64,000 nt of DNA from Deltaproteobacteria bacterium (GTDB lineage: Bacteria > Desulfobacterota > GWC2-55-46). Shown one piece after another: positions 37,650-48,366 of the stretch. The stretch lies in the NCBI GenBank assembly GCA_016234855.1, contig JACRNO010000079.1, positions 3,503 to 67,502 of the forward strand. The letters are read 5' to 3'. How positions within the stretch are numbered: the stretch's first letter is position 1; each line of letters starts with the position of its first letter. A model generated the notes under the pieces. It saw only the letters and a list, made by a program, of their open reading frames with translations. It searched no databases and had not been told where the DNA came from. The position numbers and the translations under genes were made by a program.

Positions 37650-37692
37650 AAAACTTATTCTAATGACTTGCGCCATATAAGTCAATATCATC

Positions 37693-37790
37693 TTCCCCCT
37701 TTGCGAAAGGTGAACTGAGGGGGGATTCAAACTCATCCCCTTATTTAAGGGGCGGGGTCCCCGTTGCGCGCGTAGCGCAATGCAACGGGG
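37693..37790. repeat. three G/C hairpins in a row
   Basis: ccccctttgcgaaaggtgaactgagggggg; ccccttatttaagggg (37737-37752); ccccgttgc-gcgcgtagcgcaat-gcaacgggg (37759-37790). Confidence 0.6.
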
Positions 37791-37839
37791 AGTGGGGAGG
37801 GGTTAATCGCATGACGTCTTAACCATACCACCCTGCCGT

Positions 37840-39648
37840 CTATGGCTCAAGGCCGCCGTTGGAAAGCATGTCCTCAAGCACGCACAGCATGTTGGCGTGG
37901 CTAAGCGGCTCGTCCCGCATCGCCTCGGCGCTTGTCATAATCCCGGTCGCAAGGAGCGCGTAACGGGCGTTAGCGCAGGCCTTCGACATATTAAAGAGCA
38001 GGCCTGCGGCGGCTGAATTGCCGGACGGGATGTCGCTGTCAAAGAGGTCGCGCTCCCGTATGAAGAGAGCACCCTGGTCTTCGGCAACGTCATAGAACCG
38101 GCCGTTGTCCTTGCTATAAAAGAGGGCTATCATGGATTCCGTCAGCCTTTCAGCCTCTTCAAGCCACGGCCTGCCCCCTGCCCCAGCCTCATGCAACGCA
38201 AGGAGCGCTGAGCCCATGAGCGCGTAATCCTCAAGCCCGGCCTTGACCGGGGCCTGACCGTCAAGCCAATACCGCATCAGACGGCCGGACCTGTCTACTG
38301 ACGACGAGAGTATGAACCCGGCGCATTGTTCAGCCGCTTCAACAAGCTCAGGCCTGTCAAAGGCCCTGCCTGCGCGGCTAAGGGCGGTTATTGCAAGGCC
38401 GTTCCACGCGGTTATGACCTTTCCGTCGATTGCAGGCCTATTCCTTCCCGAGCGCGCCTTCAGGAGCGCGTCCTTCATCCGCGCTAAAACATCCGAAGGA
38501 GGAATGGCAGGATTATTGAGCCGATCGATCCGCAGGACGTTCTTGTTGTCAAGGTTGCCCTCCGGGGTCACGGAGTAATAACCGGCATAATTGCCAACGC
38601 CAACGGACTCGATAACACGCATGTACTCATCATAGTCCCATAGATAATACGCGCCTTCGCTGCCGTCGGAATCCGCGTCCATCGCCGAGTGGAAACCGCC
38701 CTGCGACGAGCGCATCTCCCTTGACAGCCATCCGATGATATCAAGGGATATCTCTTTAAAAAGAGGCTTTTTCAATACGACACCGGCCCGGCAGTAGAGG
38801 TCGGCGAGGAGCGCGTTGTCATAAAGCATCTTCTCGAAATGCGGGACCATCCACATGTTATCAACAGAGTATCTGTGGAAACCGCCTCCCAACTGGTCAT
38901 ATATGCCGCCTTCCGCCATGGCGGTAAGGGTCTTGTCGAGCATTTGCGCGGCCTCATCGGAACGCGTCCTTTCATAGTGTTTCAGCGCGAAGTTCAGGAA
39001 CATGGCTTGCGGGAATTTCGTGCCCCTGCCAAAGCCGCCGAATACCGGGTCATAGAAGAGCATGCCTGAGGAAAAAGCATCCGAGACAAACCCCTCGCCG
39101 ATTTCAAGGTTTGCTCCGCCGGTCTCTCCATGCTCGGAAAGAAGGCGCGTCAGACCGCTTGCCGTGGCGCCGATACCGTCCCTGTTCTCCCTGTAGAGCC
39201 TTGCAACCGCTTCAAGAACGTGCTTGAATGACGGCAGGCCGTACGAATCCTCCGGCGGGAAATAAGACCCGCCGTAGAACGGCTCGCCATGCGGCGTGGC
39301 AAAGACGGTCAGGGGCCATCCGCCGTGTCCGGTCATGGCCTGCACAGCCTTCATGTAAAGGCTGTCCAGGTCGGGACGCTCCTCGCGGTCGACCTTGATG
39401 CAGATGAAGTTCTCGTTCATCAGGCGCGCCGTCTCAGCGTCCTCGAACGACTCGCGCTCCATCACATGGCACCAGTGGCACGACGAATAGCCTATGCTTA
39501 TGATAACGGGCTTATCCGCCTCGGCCGCCGCGCTGAATGCGGCGTCAGACCACGGCCTCCAGTCGACCGGGTTCCGCGCGTGCTGCCTGAGATACGGACT
39601 CTTCTCGTGTTTTAGCCGGTTAAAACCGCCAGATGCGGACTTTGACAT
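37840..39648 (-). CDS. thioredoxin-domain protein YyaL/DUF255 (N-acylglucosamine-2-epimerase-like six-hairpin fold)
   Basis: [20 protein letters not shown] thioredoxin-like motif. Start placed at the internal ATG (MSKSASGG). Confidence 0.8.
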   Translation of the reverse strand: MSKSASGGFNRLKHEKSPYLRQHARNPVDWRPWSDAAFSAAAEADKPVIISIGYSSCHWCHVMERESFEDAETARLMNENFICIKVDREERPDLDSLYMKAVQAMTGHGGWPLTVFATPHGEPFYGGSYFPPEDSYGLPSFKHVLEAVARLYRENRDGIGATASGLTRLLSEHGETGGANLEIGEGFVSDAFSSGMLFYDPVFGGFGRGTKFPQAMFLNFALKHYERTRSDEAAQMLDKTLTAMAEGGIYDQLGGGFHRYSVDNMWMVPHFEKMLYDNALLADLYCRAGVVLKKPLFKEISLDIIGWLSREMRSSQGGFHSAMDADSDGSEGAYYLWDYDEYMRVIESVGVGNYAGYYSVTPEGNLDNKNVLRIDRLNNPAIPPSDVLARMKDALLKARSGRNRPAIDGKVITAWNGLAITALSRAGRAFDRPELVEAAEQCAGFILSSSVDRSGRLMRYWLDGQAPVKAGLEDYALMGSALLALHEAGAGGRPWLEEAERLTESMIALFYSKDNGRFYDVAEDQGALFIRERDLFDSDIPSGNSAAAGLLFNMSKACANARYALLATGIMTSAEAMRDEPLSHANMLCVLEDMLSNGGLEP

Positions 39649-39929
39649 ACGCATCTCCCAGGTTATAAATATACATATTGAGCTTATAATAAAATGAGGA
39701 TTATGCAAGCGCCGCCCTTGACGGGTCTATCCGTTTCGCTCACTCTGTCCGACTGTATCAGGACTTCAGGCCTGATACCGCGCGTCCAGCATACATTTAT
39801 TCAGGGCTAAAGCCCTGAGCTACTCAAGACGACGCGTGTACGGCACAAACCGACTGTTCCAAGTCTTAAGAATGACGGCAGAAGATATTTTTTTGTAGTT
39901 ACCTTAAACGAAGCGACAAAGGAGACACC

Positions 39930-40478
39930 ATGAAAAAGGTCATAATACCGCTCGCCCCCGGGTTTGAAGAGATAGAGGCGCTAACGGTCGTCGATATCCT
40001 ACGGAGGGCCGGGGCAGAGGTCACGCTCTCAGGCACGGTCCCCGGGGTCATAACCGGCAGGAACGGGATACATGTAACCCCGGATGCCGCGCTTGATGCG
40101 GCGATCGGCAATGACTACGATATGGTCGTCCTGCCCGGCGGCGCAATCGGCACCGAGAACCTTAAAAAAGACGGGCGCGTAAAGGAACTGATAACGCGGA
40201 TGAACGCTCAGGGCAGGCTCGTTACGGCGATATGCGCCGCGCCCGCGGTCTTGTCGGCCGCCGGCCTCATAAGAGACAGAACCGTAACGTCCCATCCGGG
40301 CGTGAGAACTGAGTTAAAGGCCGCGGCAATCTCGGATGAGCGCGTGGTGACTGACGGCAATATCATCACGTCCCAGGGCCCGGGCACGGCAATGGAGTTT
40401 GCGTTCAGGCTCGTTGAAGCGCTATACGGGCAGGAGAAGGTCAAAGAGGTGAATCAAGGGGTACTGGCAAGGTTGTAG
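39930..40478 (+). CDS. DJ-1/PfpI family protein
   Basis: 182 aa. MKKVIIPLAPGFEEIEALTVVDILRRAG...AICAAP, including the nucleophile-elbow Cys. Ribosome-binding site AAAGGAGA. Confidence 0.85.
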   Translation: MKKVIIPLAPGFEEIEALTVVDILRRAGAEVTLSGTVPGVITGRNGIHVTPDAALDAAIGNDYDMVVLPGGAIGTENLKKDGRVKELITRMNAQGRLVTAICAAPAVLSAAGLIRDRTVTSHPGVRTELKAAAISDERVVTDGNIITSQGPGTAMEFAFRLVEALYGQEKVKEVNQGVLARL

Positions 40479-40531
40479 CAGACGTTTGTTTGGTTGCGTT
40501 CCGCTGCCGAAGCGCCTGTAGCGGCGCCCGC

Positions 40532-40894
40532 CTACATGACTGAATATTCGATAAGACCTTCTTGCCGCATTTTGGCGATGAACATAGGTGCATCACCAGT
40601 AAGGTGACTACCGTCTTCTTTTCGAATACCGTCATTGTCTTCGGCGACTATTGGGAGGCCATAACGTTCTTTTATGAGTTTGATTATGTGGCGACCAATT
40701 CCCTGACGCTTATACTGTTCATTAACAAGATTTAAGTAACACCATGTTAATTTTAGGACTGAACCGGTATTCACATCCACCTCTTTAAATTTAAAGCATC
40801 CAACCTTGTTATAGTCTAAATCAAAAACCGACACAGCATACGAACAATCGTCAATTTCAATAATGACGCCCTTGTTATTACTTATAGCGCTCAC
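40532..40894 (-). CDS. small GNAT-family N-acetyltransferase in a ~40% GC islet
   Basis: 120 aa. Acetyl-CoA motif YKRQGIGRHIIKLI. GC content is well below the ~58% background. Confidence 0.5.
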   Translation of the reverse strand: MSAISNNKGVIIEIDDCSYAVSVFDLDYNKVGCFKFKEVDVNTGSVLKLTWCYLNLVNEQYKRQGIGRHIIKLIKERYGLPIVAEDNDGIRKEDGSHLTGDAPMFIAKMRQEGLIEYSVM

Positions 40895-40939
40895 TTAAGT
40901 CTGTCATTTTTTATCGGTTCCATGCTCCAGCGTAAGCGT

Positions 40940-41080
40940 GTTGGGTTATCACAGCGTAACCCAGCATTCATTGCAAAAGCTGTTGGGTTGGCATTCTCAA
41001 CCCAACAGCTTTACCCCCCTCACCCTACCCTCTCCCCAAAGGGGAGAGGGTTTATCGTTCCCACGCTCCGCGTGGGAACG
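40940..41080. repeat. array of four consecutive strong hairpins between the GNAT gene and the response-regulator gene
   Basis: gggttatcacagcgtaaccc; gctgttgggttg-gcattct-caacccaacagc (12-bp stem); ccctctcccc-aaa-ggggagaggg (10-bp stem); cgttcccacgc-tcc-gcgtgggaacg (11-bp stem). Confidence 0.7.
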
Positions 41081-41128
41081 CATCAAGGAACGCTCCCGCG
41101 TTCAAAGGCGAGTCTGGCCCGCCCTCCC

Positions 41129-41539
41129 CTATTCCCGCTCCTCCCCTGTCTTTTTCAGATATCCCTCGACCGTCGCGGCAAGGTTCTTTATATCTACGGG
41201 TTTTGCTATGTAGCCGTCAAATCCCTTATTCAATATCTTCTCTTCCTCGCCCTTCATGGCCGAGGCCGTAAGGGCCAGCACGGGTATGGCGCCGTAGCGC
41301 GCGTCCTTCTTTATGATGCGCATAGCCGTGATGCCATCCATCTCCGGCAGGTGCAGGTCCATAAGGATGACGTCGGGCGTCATAGACGAGAGCGCCTTGA
41401 GCGCCTCAAGACCGTTATTAGCGTCTACAACGTCGAAACCGCGCAGCGTTAATACCTCCTTGACGAGGACCTTGTTCATAAAGTTGTCCTCGACGAGAAG
41501 TATCTTCGGCCGCGCCGCTTGCGTTTTCTCATCCGTCAT
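41129..41539 (-). CDS. single-domain response regulator (CheY-like receiver)
   Basis: Contains KILLVEDNFMNKVL...DVILMDLHLPEMDG...YIAKP. Start placed at the ATG at 41539. Confidence 0.85.
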   Translation of the reverse strand: MTDEKTQAARPKILLVEDNFMNKVLVKEVLTLRGFDVVDANNGLEALKALSSMTPDVILMDLHLPEMDGITAMRIIKKDARYGAIPVLALTASAMKGEEEKILNKGFDGYIAKPVDIKNLAATVEGYLKKTGEERE

Positions 41540-41612
41540 AAAATAAATCCCCGATAGCAGACAATGCTCGCTTCGTTTTACCGGCGCGGGCTGCGCCGGG
41601 CCATACATGATG

Positions 41613-44039
41613 CTACATCGACTCGACAAGCTTTATCTCGGCAAGAAGGGTCTCGTCAACCGGGATATGGTCGCTCAAGACCAGCCTGACGCTGTTGCCG
41701 AAAGAGCCGACGTCGCGCACGGCCTCTTCATCCGCCGTAAAGATGATGATTGGCGTCTTCATCTCCCTCGACAACCTGCTCATGTTCTTTATATACTCGA
41801 GCGTGTCGCCGGCTATGCTCAGGACGCGCAGCACTATGACGTCCGGGACGATATTCCATACGAGGGTGAACGCCTCGGAGTCGATGCTCGTGGTAAAGAC
41901 GAGAAAACCGTTGTTTTCAAGGTAGTCGGCCGCCGCGTCAAGCGCGTAGGCCTCGTCGGAGGCCATAAGCACCTTCAGCGTGCCCTGCCTGGTCTTCAGC
42001 CGTACGCGTATGCGCTCGAGGCACCCTATGAGTTGCTCCCTGTTAACGGGCTTCTCAAGATAGTCGGCGGCGCCGGAATCAAACCCGAACTGGCGGTTAT
42101 CGGTCGAAGAGACGATTACGACCGGAATGGCGGACGTCTGCGCGTCGCTCTTAAGCTCGCGAAGGGCCTCCCATCCGTCCTTCTTCGGTATGGCGATACC
42201 CATCAATATGACGAACGGTTTTTTCTCCCTCGCCGTTTTCAGCAGTTCGACCCCGTCAGCGGCGAAGACGCATTCGTAAGGGCCGCCTGAGAGATATATC
42301 TTGAGCAGGTGGTTTATGTCCGGACTCTCGCTCGCGATAAGCACGAGCAGGGCCTCGTCAACAGCGGCCCTGGCGGCCGAGGGCCTTATCGGCGCGAAGA
42401 CGGGCATGTCTATGGCGTCCGTGCCCTGCGGGAGCCTTATATAAAAGACAGAGCCTTTATCCTCTCCGCTGGTAAACCAGATGGAGCCCTTATGAAGCTC
42501 CACGAGCCTCTTGGTAAGGGCCAGCCCCAGCCCGGTGCCGCCGTACTCCCTCGTAAGGGACGAATCAAGCTGGCTGAATTCCATAAATAACTTGTCGTGG
42601 TCTTCCGGCCTTATGCCGATGCCGGTATCCGATATCTTGAACGTGATGTACCTGACCATCTCCATGCCGACGGGCAACTCCGCAATCTCCCAATCAACGC
42701 CGAGCCTGCCGCCCTCGACGTTGAACTTGATGGCGTTTGAAAGGATGTTCAGCATTATCTGTTTGAACTTCGCCTTGTCGGCGCGCAGCTTCGGCGAAGC
42801 CGGGACCGACTTCGAGTTGATGGTGATATTCCTCTTGTGCGCAAGGGGCCTGATGCTGCCGAGCACTTCGCCGAGGACCTCCATCACGGAAAACTCCTCC
42901 ACCTGCATCTCCATCCTGCCGGCCTCTATCTTTGACAGGTCGAGTATGTTGTTGATGAGCTGCAGGAGGTGGCCGCCGCTGCCGTGGACGTACTCCACGT
43001 ACTGGAGCTGGCGTTCGTTGAGCGCGCCGAAGGCCTGCTCCTGCAGAAGTTCCGAGAACCCTATTATGGAGTTAAGCGGGGTGCGAAGCTCGTGCGAGAC
43101 GTTGGCGAGGAACTGGCTCTTCATCCTGTTGGCGTCAAGGAGCCCTTTATTGGCGGCCTCAAGCTCGTGTTTCTTCGCATAGAGCTCCTCGTTGGCGAGC
43201 CGCAACTCCTCGGTCCTGGCGGAGACATTCTTCTCGAGCGTGGCATAGTATTCCTCCAAGCCCTGGGCCATCTTGTTGAACTCGCGCGCCAGGTTGCCTA
43301 TCTCGTCGGCCGTGGCCACCGGCACGCGCTCCTTGAGGTTGCCGCGGCCTATCTTCTTTGCGGACTCTTCAATCTCAAGTATGGGCGTGACAAGGGCGCG
43401 TGTGAGCATCAGCCACAGGCCGCCGACGATGATTATGGCCAGCACCGTGAATATGACGGTTACCGCGATAATGACGTCCGCGAAGAAATCGCTCTCCTTA
43501 TATGCCGCGTATGCCGCGTACTTCTCCGCCTTGATGAGCCTGCGCAGGGCGTTGACGGTCTCGGTAAACGCCTTGTTGCCCTCCATGCGTATGATGCTGA
43601 GCGCCTTGTCCCTGCGCCCCACGTCGGCCAGCAGCTCGACCTCGGCATGGGTCGTCCAGTATCTGTTCAAATCGGTCAAAAGCTCCGTAAAAAGCTCTTC
43701 CTGCCCCTTGACAACGCCCATCTGAGCGTATTCCTCGAGACCTTTTTCTATCTTTGAACGGTGCTCTTCTATGGAGCCTTTGAGATACGACTTTGAAGCG
43801 TTGTCCGTGATTATGATGTGCAGAAACATCGCATGGCGCGCGGAGAGGAACTCGTTTTCAATGGATGAGAGTATCTCACCGCGCCTGAACGAATCGGCAT
43901 ACAGGCGCTTGGTCACCTTGGCTATCTGCGCCGCGTTATAAAGACCGACCCCGCCGCCCACTCCCATCATGAACAGAAGTAGCGTGAAGACCGTGGCCAG
44001 CTTCTTTGATATGCTCAACCTGTCGAATAGATTGGTCAT
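41613..44039 (-). CDS. hybrid sensor histidine kinase: 4HB/MCP-like periplasmic sensor, TM, HAMP, HisKA, HATPase, then two receiver-like domains
   Basis: 808 aa. H-box SHELRTPLNSIIGFSELL. N/G-boxes NAIKFN...DTGIGI...GGTGLGLAL. Two C-terminal REC-like segments. Confidence 0.9.
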   Translation of the reverse strand: MTNLFDRLSISKKLATVFTLLLFMMGVGGGVGLYNAAQIAKVTKRLYADSFRRGEILSSIENEFLSARHAMFLHIIITDNASKSYLKGSIEEHRSKIEKGLEEYAQMGVVKGQEELFTELLTDLNRYWTTHAEVELLADVGRRDKALSIIRMEGNKAFTETVNALRRLIKAEKYAAYAAYKESDFFADVIIAVTVIFTVLAIIIVGGLWLMLTRALVTPILEIEESAKKIGRGNLKERVPVATADEIGNLAREFNKMAQGLEEYYATLEKNVSARTEELRLANEELYAKKHELEAANKGLLDANRMKSQFLANVSHELRTPLNSIIGFSELLQEQAFGALNERQLQYVEYVHGSGGHLLQLINNILDLSKIEAGRMEMQVEEFSVMEVLGEVLGSIRPLAHKRNITINSKSVPASPKLRADKAKFKQIMLNILSNAIKFNVEGGRLGVDWEIAELPVGMEMVRYITFKISDTGIGIRPEDHDKLFMEFSQLDSSLTREYGGTGLGLALTKRLVELHKGSIWFTSGEDKGSVFYIRLPQGTDAIDMPVFAPIRPSAARAAVDEALLVLIASESPDINHLLKIYLSGGPYECVFAADGVELLKTAREKKPFVILMGIAIPKKDGWEALRELKSDAQTSAIPVVIVSSTDNRQFGFDSGAADYLEKPVNREQLIGCLERIRVRLKTRQGTLKVLMASDEAYALDAAADYLENNGFLVFTTSIDSEAFTLVWNIVPDVIVLRVLSIAGDTLEYIKNMSRLSREMKTPIIIFTADEEAVRDVGSFGNSVRLVLSDHIPVDETLLAEIKLVESM

Positions 44040-45730
44040 ATATCTCCGGAGGCCGCGTTCCCTAACGCCTCATTGCCGGAAGAAAGGTCCTCGTAGACGA
44101 GGACGATATTGGTTATCTCGCCGTCGGTGTCAAAGAGCGGATAGCTCTTTATCCTGAGCGTCTTCGAATGACCGGTAAAGCCGTACTTGACGAAGAACTC
44201 GGACGGGTCGTAGTCCACCGTGACCTCGGCCGGATAACCGTCAAACGAGCAGATGAGCGAATCCAGCGCCCCGGACGCCTTCAAGGACGCGTCGTCAAGG
44301 AGCCGGTATTCACAGACCGGCCCCGACCCCATAATGGCGTGGAAGCCGCCGTTACACAGGACGCAGGTCCCGTCGCGTTTAAAGACCGCGACGCCGTATG
44401 GAAGCTGCGAGACGATTCTTTCGAAGAACCTCCTCGAGCGCATCTCGTTGTGATACAGTCCGGTATAACCGGCGGAGGCGCCGAGCGCGGCGGCAAGCGA
44501 CTCGAAGAAAGGCGCCGGGGCCGCAGCGGCGCACGCCGCGTCTTTGTAGGCCGCCACAAGGACGCCGAACGACGCGTCGTTAAACCTGACCGGGATAACG
44601 GCGAGCGCGGCAAAACCGAGCTTGTCCATAAGCCGGGCGTATACGTTGTCAGGAAAGTCTTCAACGCGCTCATACAGGCGCATAACGGCATGTGCGTCAC
44701 CGTCGCCGGGAAAAGAATACGTCAGGGCCGCCCCGTCATTGAAGACGGCTTCATTAAAACCCGACGCGCCCTTGAGCGCCAGCCCCGCTCCGTCATTAAG
44801 GTAGAGCGCGACGGCGTCCGCGCCTCCAACGGCGACCGCCTCCCTGACCACCGAGCTTATCATGTCGCTCTGCGACAGGGACCGGCCGGCGAGCTTGAGT
44901 ATCTGGCCGACGGAGTCCATCTGATTCAGATGCTCTTCCATGACGCGGGTCTGTCCCGCTATAAAATTGTCCTTTTCAATAACGACCGCCTGCCATGCCT
45001 TCAACAACAGGTTCAACTGCGCGCCGAGCGCCCCCATATATCCGCCCGTGTCGTTAAAGCTCACGCGCCGCTCGCCCGAGGCCGCCAGGGCGGCCACCCG
45101 CGCGGCCGCCTTAAGGGGCTGAAGGTACCGTTTGTAGACGTAAAGCGTAGCGGCAAGGTTTACCAGAATGAAACCGATAATGCTCAGGAGCGCCTGCACG
45201 GTCGCATCGGCAAAGACCCTATTTCTGCCCTCGGCCGTAACGCTCAGGAGCTTTTCGGCCTTGTCTATCAGCGAGACCGTATTCATGTCTACGGCGTCGT
45301 GTATGAGACGCACCTCGTCGGGTGAAGATGCGACGTTAAGCCTGCGAATCTCTATCTTGATGACATGCCAGTCGTCGGCTATCGAGGCAAGCCCGTCGGA
45401 GAGCATGGCGTTGCCGCGCAATATTTCCTCGTACTTGGGATTCAACAGACCGCTGTTTATCTCCGTGTCGAGTTTGCCGACGTCGTCCTTTATGATATCC
45501 ACGGTGGCGTTCTCGAAACGCCCGGCCACGACGAACATATCAAGCAGATATTCGAGTTTGGTGATGGAGACGCGAACCGAGCCCAGGTGCCCGTTAAAGT
45601 CGTCGTAGAGGACGATATCTCTGGATTTAGCTGAAAAGACGCGGTAGTCGATAATTGCGACGACGAATATTATCGAAAGGAAGATAATAATGCTGCGGAT
45701 ATCCCGGCGGCCATGGAGGTTTCGCTTCAT
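44036..45730 (-). CDS. membrane-anchored GAF + PAS sensor protein with no recognisable output domain
   Basis: TM segment IIIFLSIIFVVAIIDY, central GAF-like region, C-terminal PAS (SQLPYGVAVFKRDGTCVLCNGGFHAIMG). The stop overlaps the kinase gene start (ATGA). Confidence 0.6.
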   Translation of the reverse strand: MKRNLHGRRDIRSIIIFLSIIFVVAIIDYRVFSAKSRDIVLYDDFNGHLGSVRVSITKLEYLLDMFVVAGRFENATVDIIKDDVGKLDTEINSGLLNPKYEEILRGNAMLSDGLASIADDWHVIKIEIRRLNVASSPDEVRLIHDAVDMNTVSLIDKAEKLLSVTAEGRNRVFADATVQALLSIIGFILVNLAATLYVYKRYLQPLKAAARVAALAASGERRVSFNDTGGYMGALGAQLNLLLKAWQAVVIEKDNFIAGQTRVMEEHLNQMDSVGQILKLAGRSLSQSDMISSVVREAVAVGGADAVALYLNDGAGLALKGASGFNEAVFNDGAALTYSFPGDGDAHAVMRLYERVEDFPDNVYARLMDKLGFAALAVIPVRFNDASFGVLVAAYKDAACAAAAPAPFFESLAAALGASAGYTGLYHNEMRSRRFFERIVSQLPYGVAVFKRDGTCVLCNGGFHAIMGSGPVCEYRLLDDASLKASGALDSLICSFDGYPAEVTVDYDPSEFFVKYGFTGHSKTLRIKSYPLFDTDGEITNIVLVYEDLSSGNEALGNAASGDI

Positions 45731-45880
45731 CCTGTTCCCATATCTAAGAACGTTATCCGGAACGCGCATCCCCTGCAAGGCGCGACATGTCACCGACAGG
45801 GTTAATCGACAATGCGGATAGGCTGGCAACGCCTCCAGGCCGCTTCAAAGCGACCGGCCCGTCAGCGCCTTTAAAGACCG

Positions 45881-46447
45881 TTACTTCAACAACCTGTGGA
45901 CGTTCTTCTGAAAATCCTTCAACTTGATGGGTTTCGGCAGACACTCGTCCGCGCCGCATTCGATTATCTTATCGATATCATCCCGGCCGTACGCCGTGAC
46001 GGCAAGTATCTTTATGTCCTTCGTGCCGGGAGCCCCCTTTATGCGCCGGGTGACCTCGAAGCCGTCGAACTTGGGCATGCGTATGTCAAGGACGAGGAGT
46101 TCGGGCTTGAAGTCCCCGACCTTTATCAGCCCTTCGTGCCCGTCGAACGCCGTCTCTATGATATAACCTTCCTGCATCGCCTCAAGCGCGCCCCTGATAT
46201 ACTCCACCACCTGGCGGTCGTCGTCTATGATAAGGATGCGCCTGCGGTCGGGAAAGAATTCCGCCTTGATATCGAACTTGTACTTGTCCAGAAAGGAGAG
46301 AAAATCCGCCTGAGAGACCCTGAAGTGCCCGCCCGGGGTCTTGAATGCGGCAAGCTTTCCGGAGGATATCCATTTTTTCACGGCATTGATGGTGACGTGA
46401 CAGATTGCGGCTATCTCGCCGGTAGTATAGGGTCTTTTATTATCCAT
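45881..46447 (-). CDS. response regulator with an N-terminal excisionase/MerR-type HTH (HTH_17) and a C-terminal receiver
   Basis: HTH: YTTGEIAAICHVTINAVKKWISSGKLAAFKTPGGHFRV. Receiver: RILIIDDD...LVLDIRMPKFDG...KP. Confidence 0.75.
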   Translation of the reverse strand: MDNKRPYTTGEIAAICHVTINAVKKWISSGKLAAFKTPGGHFRVSQADFLSFLDKYKFDIKAEFFPDRRRILIIDDDRQVVEYIRGALEAMQEGYIIETAFDGHEGLIKVGDFKPELLVLDIRMPKFDGFEVTRRIKGAPGTKDIKILAVTAYGRDDIDKIIECGADECLPKPIKLKDFQKNVHRLLK

Positions 46448-46925
46448 TTAAGGTATCCACAGATATTAAAAACGTCCGGTAATAAAGGCCGCATACACGG
46501 TCTGGAACGAAAGACAGAAACAAAGGTCTTTGCGTCCGCGTCCAGCGCGCGCAATCCTTAATACCCTTACCATCTACCGGCCAGCCGGCATTACAGACGG
46601 CTCAGGTTACAGTTTTTACATTAATAATCATATCTTTAACAATATCAGGCGTCAAGTCCTTTTTCTCAATCACCTCGTTTGACAACAGGCGCGGCGCCGA
46701 TTGCATGGTCGCGGGCATAAACAAAGCCTTGCAAGACCATGACCGGCCCGCAGATAATTACCTTGACAAGACCGCTGTTTTTCTTATAAAATTACCTGAT
46801 TTACGAAATGCCGGCGCATATTCACTTGAATATGCCGAACGGTGCGTTATAATAGCCATGTGATTTTCTGATGGCGAGCGGGCAGATACCCCGCCGCGAC
46901 AAAATACAACGGCCATACCGGGAAT

Positions 46926-48260
46926 ATGCTCGAATCTCTATCGGATAAATTCAGGAAGATACTCAAGGACGTTCGCGGCCAGGGGCGCATCTCCGAGTCC
47001 AACATACAGGATATCCTTAAAGAGGTCCGTCTTGCGCTTCTTGAAGCGGACGTAAACTTCGCCGTCGTCAAGACCTTTTGCGAGACGATAAAGGCGAAGG
47101 CCCTTGGCAAAGAGGTGTTGGAGAGCCTCTCGCCGGGCCAGCAGTTCACACAGATAGTCCACGACGAGCTCGCCTCGCTGCTCGGTGGAACGGACTCCGG
47201 GCTTGAGCTCAAGGGCAGGCCCGCGGCCGTCATGCTCGTGGGGCTTCAAGGCTCGGGCAAGACCACTACGGCGGCCAAGCTCGCGCTCCTTCTCAAGGGC
47301 AAGGGGCGTAACCCTTATATCGTGCCCGCCGACCTCTTCAGGCTCGCCGCCGTGCTTCAGCTCAAGAGGCTCGCCGCCGAGATAAAGGTCGATTGCTTCG
47401 AGGACGAGAAACTCAAAAACCCGGCTGATATCTGCGCCGAGGCCATACGCGTGGCGGGCATAAAAGGCTACGACGTCGTTATCGTGGACACGGCCGGACG
47501 ACTGCATATAGACGACGCGCTCATGGCCGAGCTCAAAGGGCTCAAGGCCATCCTCAAGCCAAGCGAGATACTCTTCGTGGCCGACTCCATGACGGGCCAG
47601 GACGCGGTGAACACGGCCAAGGGCTTTGACGCCGCCATCGGCATTACGGGCGTCGTGCTCACCAAATTCGACGGCGACGCCAGGGGCGGCGCGGCCCTTT
47701 CCATGCGCATGACCACCGGCAAGCCTATCAAGTTCGTCGGCACCGGCGAGAAGGTCGAATGCCTTGAGGTCTTCCACCCGTCGCGTCTGGCGGGCAGGAT
47801 ACTCGACATGGGCGACGTCATGACGCTCATAGAAAAGGCGCAGACGGCCTACGACGACAAGCAGTCCGTTGAACTGCAAAAGAAACTTAAAAAAGACGCC
47901 TTCACGCTCGAGGACTTCAAAGACCAGCTCGGCAAGATAAAGAAGATGGGTTCCATCGACAGCCTCCTTTCCATGGTGCCTGGTTTTGACGCCCTTAAAA
48001 AGGCCAAGGACATAGACGTTGACGAGGGCGAGATAACGAGGATAGAGGCCATAATCAACTCGATGACCAGACAGGAGCGCCACGACCCGTCGATACTCAA
48101 CTCATCCCGCAGGAAGCGCATAGCCAGGGGCAGCGGCGCAAGGGTACAGGACGTCAACAAGCTCATCAACCAGTATAACGACATGCGTAAGATGATGAAG
48201 GTTTTTAAGACGAGCGGGGCGGCCGGGCTGAAAGGGATGTTCCAGGGCCGGATGCGTTAG
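46926..48260 (+). CDS. ffh: signal recognition particle protein Ffh
   Basis: 444 aa. N domain, GTPase (GLQGSGKTTT, DTAGR) and M domain. Confidence 0.95.
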   Translation: MLESLSDKFRKILKDVRGQGRISESNIQDILKEVRLALLEADVNFAVVKTFCETIKAKALGKEVLESLSPGQQFTQIVHDELASLLGGTDSGLELKGRPAAVMLVGLQGSGKTTTAAKLALLLKGKGRNPYIVPADLFRLAAVLQLKRLAAEIKVDCFEDEKLKNPADICAEAIRVAGIKGYDVVIVDTAGRLHIDDALMAELKGLKAILKPSEILFVADSMTGQDAVNTAKGFDAAIGITGVVLTKFDGDARGGAALSMRMTTGKPIKFVGTGEKVECLEVFHPSRLAGRILDMGDVMTLIEKAQTAYDDKQSVELQKKLKKDAFTLEDFKDQLGKIKKMGSIDSLLSMVPGFDALKKAKDIDVDEGEITRIEAIINSMTRQERHDPSILNSSRRKRIARGSGARVQDVNKLINQYNDMRKMMKVFKTSGAAGLKGMFQGRMR

Positions 48261-48366
48261 TTCACACACACCCCGGCGACGATGCGCGGGGCATTAACCA
48301 TAGACAGTGGACAGAAGCCGTTTAACGAGCCGCACAATACCAAAGCACGGAGGAGAGAAAACAAAG

